A stretch of 63,869 nucleotides of DNA, the filler included, from Octopus bimaculoides (taxonomy: Eukaryota), in NCBI RefSeq assembly GCF_001194135.2. It is 5 parts of 5 records of this genome, joined end to end, with 100 filler letters (N's around TTAATTAATTAA, not from the genome) between each part and the next. Parts side by side here need not be neighbours in the genome. Positions count along the whole stretch, not along the records: positions 53,195 to 61,598 come from NC_068988.1; positions 61,699 to 63,869 come from NC_068993.1; 3 more parts are not named here. The stretch is one strand, 5' to 3'. The notes beneath the pieces are model-generated. The model had not been told where the DNA came from. It saw nothing but the letters and a program-made list of their open reading frames with translations, and made no database searches. Both the position numbers and the translations under genes were made by a program. Below, piece by piece: positions 53,481-63,869 of the stretch (position 1 is the stretch's first letter; each line of letters starts with the position of its first letter).

Positions 53481-54859
53481 AATCTTTCCTTATGTGTATG
53501 TGTGTGTGAGTGTGTTTGTGTGTCTGTGTTGTCTCCACCATCGATTGACAACCAATATTGGTATGTTTACGTCCCCATAACTTAGTGGCTTGGGAAAAAG
53601 AGACTGATAGAGAAAGTACTAGGCTTGCAAAGAATAAGTCCTGTAATCAATTTGTTCAACTAAAGGTGGTGCTGCAGCATGGCCACAGTCAAATGACTGA
53701 AACAGATAAAAGAATAAAAGAATTTCTTTTTACCTTTATAACCCACTTTATTGTCCTATCACTAGAGCTTTCTGTATTTTTGAAAATGCTTGTAGTTAGC
53801 ATGCAATACTTTGAACAAAATCAATCAGATCATATCATCATTTTGTCAATTATCCCCTATATGTTTTTCTGTTGTGGAACAAAGAATACATATTCGATGC
53901 ATGTTTTAATTTATAATCTTTGATTTTTAATTCATTATACTATGTAACATGTGTGTGTGTGTGTGAATTCAGCATGTGCAACTGTTAACGTAGACACATT
54001 TTTCTTTTCATTTTTCATTTTATCTCTCGCCATTTCTTTTCTCTTCTTACTCCTTTCTGTAGAAGTGAATAGGCTTGACACTTCAGAGTCATCTTCCATT
54101 TTTCCAGAGTGTCAAACTAATACACCCTATTTGCTGTCCCCTCACCTCTGTCTTTTGTTTTTTGTATCATTTTGAACCATATTTCTATGTTTGTATGTAT
54201 GCTTACATATATGTGCTAACAACTATGTATTTGTGTACAGATATTTACATATGTATATATATATGCATTTATATGTTTATGTGTATATAATATTTCTACT
54301 GTGTTTTTGCCTATACCATTTACTGTGTCTGTGTATGTGAACTTTATTTTGTTTCTTCATTCCTTCTAGTTTTTATGTTCCTTGTGGTCTTTTCCCCTTT
54401 CTCACCCTCAGTATTATCTCCCTTTTTCACCAGGCTATTATCCTTTGACCTTCCCACCACTTCACTATAAGCTATATTAAATATATCCTGTATATNNNNN
54501 NNNNNNNNNNNNNNNNNNNNNNNNNNNNNNNNNNNNNNNNNNNNNNNNNNNNNNNNNNNNNNNNNNNNNNNNNNNNNNNNNNNNNNNNNNNNNNNNNNNN
54601 NNNNNNNNNNNNNNNNNNNNNNNNNNNNNNNNNNNNNNNNNNNNNNNNNNNNNNNNNNNNNNNNNNNNNNNNNNNNNNNNNNNNNNNNNNNNNNNNNNNN
54701 NNNNNNNNNNNNNNNNNNNNNNNNNNNNNNNNNNNNNNATATGTATATGTATATATATACACACACACAAACATGCAGGAAGTAAATAGACACCTTTAAT
54801 TTTCCAAATTTTTGATCTAAGCATCTTAATATGTTTTCCGTAGTGTAGCATGTACAATG

Positions 54860-55445
54860 TAAGTATTCTTTTTCATTCCGGGTGCCATTATATTAAACAT
54901 TTGCGAAGAGTAACCATGCCATGCACAAAAAATTCAGCAGACCTGTCAGATTTTCAAAGCAGAATTGTCAGATTTTGTCGTATTGTTGGGCAATCTGAAG
55001 CTGATCTTAGCCAGCGAAAAATTGCCGAAAATCTTCAAGTTCCTGTTGCTACTGTTAATAGAATTATAGTGCAATTCAAAAGCCAAGGAAAATAATCAAC
55101 AGATTCTCATCCCGGCCGACCTGGGCCATCGGAAAAGAAGCTTTGCTGTTTGATGAGAATAGTGGAAAACAAACCCCGTTCGAAGGCTTCTGACATTGCA
55201 AAACAACGAGAAGTTAGTCCAAGAATGTGTGTTACATATTTATGTAAATGATAAACTTAAATCCATACTGACTCAGAATCCTGTAACACCTAACTGAGGA
55301 TGATCCAGATGATCAAATGCAAGTCACAGAAATCATGCTGCATGGGATTTGTGAAAGCTCACAATTCATCGACAAGGTTGTTTGGTTGGATGAGACCTGT
55401 TTCAAGTTGTCAGGTCATGTCAACATAGATAACTACATTTACTGC
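54860..55445 (+). mobile_element. Tc1/mariner transposase remnants
   Basis: LSQRKIAENLQVPVATVNRIIVQFK (HTH), ...GRP..., and FWLDETCFKLSGHVN. Confidence 0.7.
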
Positions 55446-55929
55446 TATTGGGCTATAGCAGTAGTTAACATTTAGAGAGAAAGAGAAAAAAAAAAGAAAA
55501 ATGCTATGAGAACTTTATCATGGATAAAAGAAAGAAGGTATTTACATTTTTATCAAAAATATGCTGCTGGTTTCAATTGCATTATAAGATAATTTAATCA
55601 TACTGGAATAAAAGAGAAATTATATTGAAATTAAATTAATTTTTTTATGGCATCAGTTTGGAAGTTCACATGATTTTCTTTCAAAATTCCCAGAGTGCTG
55701 ATATTTTGTTTCCTTCTGATTGCTATTAGGCCATGGTAGTAGTTAACAATTCAAACAGTGGCAGCAGTCCTTTCTTATTGAGGTTAATAGTGGTCAGTAG
55801 TCAGTAGTCACTACAGCAGCAATGCTTGTGGCTGCAGTAGTCATGGCACTAGTTGTATCAGTCTAACTAATAGTTGCAGCACTAGTGGCAGCTTCATCCA
55901 AAAGTTGCTACAGGAGCTGCAATAGTTGT

Positions 55930-57040
55930 CTTTTCCTCTTCCCTCTCACAGTTATTTAGAAGTGTTCAGCATTTGGTTATGCAAGTTGTTTCTTTGTTGT
56001 TGCATTATTGGTATGACATGTAATTGATGCAGGAGAAAATTGTCAAATTTGGTTTTTTATTACCTCTAGCTGTGTCTATAAGTTCACTGTATCCCATTTG
56101 TTTGTATTGCCGTATTTTAATTTGTGATCTATCCAAAGTCATGCATTGTCTTCAGGACACTTTGGTTATCCTATGTAATTCTCTCCATATACTGAGTAGG
56201 TAATTGCATAGATTAGTTTCCACATGTACAGGTAAGTTATTTTTCATTAAGGAAAGTTGCCCTTGTTTAAAATGGATCACCAATCCTTCTGTTAGATTAA
56301 AACATATATGACAGTTGGGTCTTCTGCATTTTGTTACTGTTGGTCCTGTTGTTACTGTATGAAAATTGTCTTTGCTAGTATTGTTTCAATGTTTTGGTTT
56401 GTCTTTTGTTCTTTATGATGGTACATGTTGGAAAGATTTGATTCAGCCTGAGGTCCTTTTTCCACTGTTACTATGTATTGGAATATGATGCTGTACTCCT
56501 CATTGTTTTGGGAATTGTAGGTGGAAACCTATGGTAGAACTTTCACTTCTGACACATTTCTTTATTTAGTTCGTCTTACTTCCTACATACTGATTTTTTT
56601 CTTAGTTCATTGTACTTTATTATTGATTAAGGCTGGTGGGTAATTCCTGTCAAGCAGTGTATCCTTTAGTTCTTAATATCACAAATGTTTGCATCAAATA
56701 TTAATGTGTAGATCTTTTTGTCTAGCTTATAAGGGACATTTATTCTGGCATGTCAGATAACATGAATTGAATGGAAGATATTATTTGGAGTCCATAGATT
56801 TATAATTAATGTTTGTCTCTATTTGGTTGTTGACTTTCTTTATTGGGATGTCTAAAAACAGGAATTGGTTATTCCATAGTGAATTGTATATTTTTATTTA
56901 TTCCATAGAGAAGTGTTTTAATCGATTAATGGCAGCTGCACCTATATTGTCAAAACTAGCTGATGGTGGGTGACATAGGTGTAGTGTTCAAACATGTATT
57001 GCCTCATTCATCTGACTGAATATGTATCCATAGGGTGCAT
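55930..57040 (-). mobile_element. Decayed Penelope element (RT C-terminus plus GIY-YIG)
   Basis: Minus strand IQFTME*, FLFLDI, NNQIETNINYKSMDSK*YLPFNSC and LIYAITYSVYGENYIG*. Confidence 0.8.
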
Positions 57041-58934
57041 GATGAGGGAAAGAAGAAAAGAGAGAGAGAGAAATATATAATAGATAGTGATGATGATATA
57101 GAAGCCCTTCTGTACTTCTGTGGGCAGTGAAAATATGAATGACACATTTAAATTGAAATAAGAACTTAACGATTTAGCATTTAATCTGTCTATATCCAGC
57201 CTACATCTTCTGCTTGCTTTATCTTCAAACTGACCAGATCTGGCCTCTCAAATTTACCCTACATTGTCATTCTCACAATAACTAATCACATCATCAAAAT
57301 CTTAAAGCTATGAGAGAATACATAATTAATTCAAAATAATGTGAATAAACAAGCATTACATTTGACAGAATAATTTGAATGCTACAGGGTTAAAATTCTT
57401 AACATTCTTGGGGGACCCAACGTTTCAGGTTTTTAACTCATAATTTTTGGCTTAATTGTTCACACTTCTCTAAAACATTTCTCTCTATTTTATTTTGCCT
57501 TATGTATAGACAAACCTTTGTTTAGATACAAATCATTCATTTTAGATGAAAGTCAAACTTTATAGGAATTTATCTATAATATAAATTGAAGTTGGCCGAG
57601 CATTGTATTCTTTCTTGTCTTGAGGTTCACGGCCAAACGGCTGGGTGAATTCGCGTGAAAAATGGCACATATGTGGAGATAGGTGCATAGATTGGAACGC
57701 GCTTTCTATTTTTTCCTAGCCCCCATACTTACAGAGAAAATCGATTAAAACAACCTGCGTGCGAGCGTGCGTGTATGTGAGTGTGTGTCACTGAAGCCAT
57801 TCATACACATATACGTGCCTACATGACCTCACATGCAATTACCCTTTCTTCTGCCATTAACACTAGTTGCTCACACACCTTACAGTTTCTCATTCAAACT
57901 ACATAATACGCAGAATTGNNNNNNNNNNTTTCTTCTGCCATTAACACTAGTTGCTCACACACCTTACAGTTTCTCATTCAAACTACATAATACGCAGAAT
58001 TGTAGCATTAATACAGTAGGGGTGTTTTGAGGGATATTTGCCTGCTATTTCTACCCAGTCCACCTACCATGTAGAGGTCTGAACTTCTTTTCCATTTACA
58101 GATTTGCATTTCAAACATTTAACATAGTCTTTTCCATACATCAACTATCGTAAAAATTATCTACCATGACCTCACATTTTCTATGTATGCATGTGTACCT
58201 TAAAATACGTGATTACACAGGTCCAATAAAATACTTCTCAGAAACAGACTACCTAGAAATTCTTTCTTCAAAACTCCTGAAGCTGTTTCCTGTGAAGATA
58301 TTTTGGAAACACTTCCGCCCTCCCCCACCACTTTTTCGCCCACATTTCTTTATTTCTAAAATTTCTTTTGCCAAAAATCCCCGTTTTCGGATACGAATGA
58401 CTTATTCCATAATTCTCCACTTAACTTTTATCTTCACTTTCTTTAAATTGGATACATCTGCAATATGTTGCAGAACTTTGGCAGTACAGTTACAATTAAT
58501 TTCTGCTTTACTTCTTACATACAATTTTCCCGTAAATTCTTCCCATTTGACTGCTATTTCTACAAGGTCTACCTACCATGTAGGGGTCTGAAGTTAATTT
58601 TCATTCACAGATTTGCATTTCAAACATTTAACAATCTTTTCCATAAATAAACTATCATAAACATTTTCTATCATGACATCACATTTTCTATGTATGTGTG
58701 TGTCTCTTAAAAGACGTGATAATACAGAGGTCCAATAGAATAGTTCTCAGAAACAGACTACCTACAAATTCTTTCTTCACAACAGCGTATAACAATTACT
58801 TATTCCATACTGCTCTACTTAGCTTTTATCTTCACTTTTCTTAAATTGGATATGTCTCCTATTAAGTTGAAGAACTTTGGCAGTACAGTAAAAAATCTCA
58901 ACGTTTCGCTCAGTAAAAACCATCTTTACAGATA

Positions 58935-60304
58935 ATGCCTAACCGAAAACGATTAATGCTCTGTTCCAAAAGGAATGCCCTCCTAAAACGGCGAAAGAGG
59001 GAATTGCGTTCACAGGTACGATTTTCAACATTCATATTTCGATTTTGCTTCCACACATTCTCGTGTATCCCATTTCAATATTACACTTTCATGTGTTCTC
59101 TACTATCCCTTTCAGGAAACACCAGAAGCAACAGAGGCCCGTCTTGCTGCACATCGTAGTCGTGATTAACACTCACTACTTCAAGAGTCAGCAGAAGCAA
59201 GGCACGCCCGTCTTGCTTCCATGCGTATTCGAAATCAGCACTCACTCCTTCAGGAGTCAGCAAAAACAAGGCAGGCCCGTCTTGCTGCACAGCGTAGTCG
59301 TAATCAACGCTCACTCATTCAAGAGCTTCTTGATGCAAGAGAGGCCAGCCTTGCTGCCCAACATAGTCCATGCCAGCGATCGAGTCTTGAGGAGTCATCA
59401 GAGGCTAGGGAAAACAGGTTGGCAGGTCGACGTCAAAGAAATGTTGCTGTTGCAAGGGGCGCATTTTGGATAAGAGCTGCCTTTAGATACAGTCCTGTAG
59501 ATGATTTCTCCATTCACCATGACGTGAGTCTGGGTAAAATGGACAGAGAATACCAATTTTGTCAAGCTAAGAAGTGGGCTGATGAGCCAGCTGGTCTTTG
59601 TTGTTCCTGAGGCAAGGTTCAACTTCAGCCGATCCCCCTCAAGTTCTGAAAAAGCTCCTCCTCTATAGCTCCGACCACGCCAAAAAATTCCGAAAAGGCA
59701 TTTGGAGATATAATTCCTACTTTGATATAACCTCTTTTGGCGTAAAGAACGTCCACGACAAACATAGCATCAACAACGTCAATATTGAGGGCCACTTGGC
59801 GGTTAATCCTGCAAAAAGGAGAAACATTACACCTTCAAGATTCAAGGTGAGTGTTATCACCGCAAAGGCAGTCTTTGTCCTCAGCCTAACAAGGAACCCA
59901 AGTTCTTGCAGATTTTCTTCATGGGTTGTTCAAAAGCAGAAGTTATCCAACGGTGCAACAGAAGTTCAGATGTTGACGTAGTAATTGTTGCTGAGCTCCA
60001 ACACATGCTTCATGCAACACATCCTTATGTCAAGGAATTCAAGAATGCGTTGGAGCTTCTGGAAGCCCAACCTGAGCTAAAATTGATAATTAAAGCCGAC
60101 AGGCGACATGCTGGTGAGCACCCGCGACGTTTCAATGCTTCAACTACCAACGAGGTTGCAACAATCATAATTGGCGAAGAAAATGGCAAGCGTGATATTA
60201 TCCTCCAGCACCGCGATAGCCGACTGTAATTTGTTTCAGAAACCCATAGGTCATACGATTGCCTGCAGTACCCCCTTCTGTTTCCCGTTGGAGAGGATGA
60301 GATT
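58935..60304 (+). mobile_element. Helitron Rep/helicase 5' remnant (pseudogenised)
   Basis: AAFRY...VSLGKMD...FCQAKKWADEPAGLCCS*GKV, YNSYF.ITSFG, FKIQG..YH, HPYVKEFK, EHPRRFN...EVA..IIG...RDIIL, HRSYDCLQYPLLFP.GED. Confidence 0.9.
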
Positions 60305-61598
60305 TGTTATTCGTCTCTCGTCTCATGTTTCAGTGTGGTTCGTCTGAGTTCCTTGTTTTCATTGTTGTTTTGAATGACTGTGGTAGTAAAATGTCATTGA
60401 TATATATGGCGGACATGACTTTTGTTTATTTACAACGAACATTGGTTGAGTGCGTTCTTTGTATGTAATTGAATAAGAAACGTAATAATTAAATTGTACA
60501 ACTCATTGCCCTTTCTCTGCGAGTCTCCCGAGAGGAATACAACAGAGTTTATTGGCGTCGCCGGTAGGATTACATGCTTACTTTACTGTAAAATTATTCA
60601 TCGTAATAACAATGTCTGAAAAACAGACAGTAGAACTTATTAAATTGTTTAGGGAACACATGGAAAAGCAAATGCAACAACATCAGAGAGATATGGACAC
60701 TCTGTTAAAACTGTTTGGTGCTCGACAAGTTGAAGGCGATCCCAGTAGCTATTTTTCAGCTGCTTCGACAACAGTGTCGATTCCACCATTTGCTGCATTT
60801 GATTCAACGTCAGAACTATGGCCTGATTACTGGTCAAGATTCTGTACGTTTGTGGCTGCTAATGCTGTACCTGAACAACGCATGNNNNNNNNNNCCCAAC
60901 AAAATCCGCCTAAAGATATCAACAACTTGACAATGGACGAAATCGTTGACTTCATGAAAGAACAGTTCGACCCAAGACTTTTCATTGTGAGAGAGCGTTT
61001 CAAGTTTTGGAGTGATATGCAGCGGAAGCCAGGCGAAAATCTCCAGGAGCTGGCAGCACGTATACGTCAGGATGCAGCTACCTGTGATTTTCCGTCGATG
61101 ACCAACCCACAGGATGAAGCTTTGAGACAGAGATTCATATGTTCGGTTAACAATGAAGCGGTTCTGAAGGCGCTTTTTAAGATAAAAGACACAGAACTAG
61201 ATTTTGCCCGTGCTGTCCAAGTTGCCATCGAGACTGAAGACGCAGCAAAGATTGCAAAAGAAACTGTTTACGGTTCAAAAACCAAGCAGATCTACAAGGT
61301 CCAACAGAACAAGAATAAGAGTCCTCAAAAGAACCATCAGCAGTCTTATTCCACAAACCAGGAGAAATGCTACCGATGTGGAAAGGCCCACAAAGCAATA
61401 GACTGTCCTTTCAGAGAAACCAAATGTCATTTTTGTGACAAAAAGGGACATTTGCAAGCGGTGTGTAGGAAAAAACAACATCAGCAACGCAATGGCCATT
61501 CACAAACTCCCGTGAAAAGAATCACAAAAGCTGAGCTGGTCAAGGCGATCCTAGGCGAAGTTTCCCAAGACACTCATAGTTTAAGTGTGCCAATAACA
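60305..61598 (+). mobile_element. Gypsy-type LTR retrotransposon 5' end (LTR ~60305-60544, PBS ~60552, gag from 60612)
   Basis: TG...CA LTR with a TATATA box and AATAA-like motif, PBS-like ttggcgtcgccgg, and gag with KFWSDMQRKPGE...RQRFICSVN and knuckles CYRCGKAHKAIDC and CHFCDKKGHLQAVC. Confidence 0.88.
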
Positions 61599-61698
61599 NN
61601 NNNNNNNNNNNNNNNNNNNNNNNNNNNNNNNNNNNNNNNNNNTTAATTAATTAANNNNNNNNNNNNNNNNNNNNNNNNNNNNNNNNNNNNNNNNNNNN

Positions 61699-61735
<37 letters not shown>

Positions 61736-61739
<4 letters not shown>

Positions 61740-62038
61740 GTACAGGACATCACCAATTGTGTAAACAACATGAAGTACGAAAACAAACAAGTTAAATACG
61801 CAAACAACGAAAAAAAAATGGAAAACGGGTCAAGTAACACAGAGAACGACCTTTCATCAGTTGTCGACTGTCTATCTATGCCTCATTTCGAGCGTGGAGT
61901 AGATGGACAGCCAAGAACTGAAGAAGGGTCGATCTTTGTGTTACTTGTTTTGTTTTAAATTTTTTCTCTCGTTGTTTGCGTTTTTTACTCGTTTCCGTAC
62001 TTCATGTTTACACAGTTGGTGACGTCCTGTACTCATAT
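61736..62038. mobile_element. MITE with ~85-bp TIRs inserted in a TA tract
   Basis: atgggtacaggacatcaccaattgtgtaaacaacatgaagtacg ... cgtacttcatgtttacacagttggtgacgtcctgtactcat. Confidence 0.85.
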
Positions 62039-63040
62039 ATGCATATATATATATATGTGTGTGTGTGTGTGTATGTTTGTATATATGCTATTTATATTAT
62101 TTAATTCAAAGCCTTGCATCCTGCATCTATTCAAAGTAAGTTAGTATTTAGAGACAGACAGACAGACAGACAGACAGAGGTGTTCACAAACACCAACAAC
62201 ATTTACGTACCATTGCTATTACTTTTATCTATATATAAATGAACAGAAGACGCTACAATAACCTTATGTTAAAAAATCATATACAAAATATATGCTGGTA
62301 TTATGGTAACATTTCTGATCTGAGACTCTTAATGGACGAAGCTAAAGAAGATGCGTCCTTAATCCTTTGGGTAAACGGATTTAATAATGATAAAAGGAAA
62401 AAATAAAAGTTTTGTTGATTTAGGGAGATTATCTATAATTAGAACTAAAATCCCATCTTTAAAACGGAACACCGCTTATGTTTGCTTTGTTCATTAGGTC
62501 ACTTAAGGACAGTCGTCCTGAATCCCTTGCAATCATATCGACTTAGGTGTTCTGTCTGTTTCGCTCACGAATCATGGAGACTTCGTTATACGTTGCATTG
62601 TTGTTGTTGTTGTACTACTAGTAGTAGTATTGATGGCAAATGTGTTGGTGGACTAAATATGGTGGTAACAGATGATGGTAGATACCTATCTTGTGTGGTA
62701 TTCACACACGCATATCCATCCATCTGTCTATATAGCAATACTTACTGAAATATAGTATACACATATATAAACACTTCATCTCTCTCTCTCTCTCACTCAC
62801 TCAGTGTATATATATATATATGTGTGTATATGTATGTGTATGTATGTGTGTGTGTGTGTGTGTAGATATGTGTGTGTGTGTATATATATGTATATATGTG
62901 TGTGTGTGTGTATATATATGTGTGTGTATATATGTATATATATGTGTGTGTATGTATATATGTATATATATATGTGTGTATATGTATGTATATAAGTATA
63001 TGTATATACATGTGTATGCATCTGTGTATATATGTGTGAG

Positions 63041-63083
<43 letters not shown>

Positions 63084-63869
63084 GCGTGTGTGTGTGTGTG
63101 CATAGAGAAAGTACATAAATACATGCTTATATATACAGGGCACCACCTTCAAGAACTTTCTAGTCAAAAAATGAATCGCCCCCAATACTTACATGAAGTC
63201 AATTCAAATAAACGAATTGTAAAATTAACGGACAACAAGAAGACGTGTACAGGGAATGTCTTAGCTTGACGCTCGGCAAAAAGAGAGAATTGTTGACTTT
63301 TCGAACATAGCTCCTCTTGAAAGATTTGTCTGCTGTTTCTACTACACTGAGGAGTCATATAGTCGTTTCTTTATAATTAATTCGAAATGGTTGGCTCGAC
63401 TTATACTTTAGTTTTATACTTAATTTCATCCTTTTGAAATTCAGATCCCAGCATATTCCCAAGTATAACCGCCATTCGTTAATGTAAACGTCTTGGTAAC
63501 ACACGCACCACGCTTTTTTGCTAATAATTTTGGGGGCGTATGCCATTGTGTAGAGGCATAGAGACTCGCTTGAATTTTGATCCAGCAAACCTTGCAGGAT
63601 ATGATGGCTGGTTGACATTTTCAGTTGAATTAACTGGGGGGCGGGGGCATAAAAGGTCTTTCCTTGGTCAAGCAGACAACGCGTCACTTCCTCAAGGTGT
63701 CGAACTTATGAACTCGTAATCGCGAACCCCAAATCCTAACCCCTACGACATGGGCCATCATACTATCCTTTCTGCTGTAGATACAAAACCAGAAATTCAG
63801 CGGCAGGAGGCTAGTCGATTACATAGACCCCCGGGGCTTAAAGGGTACTTATTTAATCGACCCCTAAAG

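Noticed and set aside
62482-62520. LCSLGHLRTVV resembles the next ADAR1 exon start (LFSQGHLTRAI)
   Set aside because: There is no acceptor AG upstream of the match, a stop lies just 5', and downstream similarity is absent.
63130-63700. Possible DNA transposon remnant (TA|cagggc end; minus ORFs 63164-63687)
   Set aside because: No diagnostic DDE or RT motif recognised, so the class could not be supported.

Overview
AT-rich, repeat-dense animal genomic DNA, most likely an octopus or other coleoid cephalopod draft assembly. That assignment is inferred from the repeat families and microsatellite load. The window has many N gaps and four artificial N-TTAATTAATTAA-N linkers, so long-range order is uncertain. 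Recognisable host coding sequence is limited to two things, both on the + strand. (1) Three consecutive exons (30236-30452, 34053-34185, 35131-35265) of an SLC6 Na+/Cl- neurotransmitter transporter, most like Drosophila inebriated, covering TM3-TM5. (2) One intact 186-nt exon (28135-28320) of an ADAR/ADAD-type deaminase domain with a rearranged zinc-ligand motif (MSTCDK rather than MSCSDK), only 1.9 kb upstream of the SLC6 TM3 exon and phase-compatible with it. The rest is decayed Tc1/mariner, Penelope, RTE, CR1-like, R4-like, Helitron and Gypsy elements, tRNA-derived SINEs, MITE-like hairpins, minisatellites and an orphan 5.8S rRNA fragment. A roughly 11-kb SINE-free block (about 10.3-21.2 kb) carries candidate minus-strand spliced exons, one with a 39-aa transmembrane smORF loosely resembling sarcolamban/sarcolipin.
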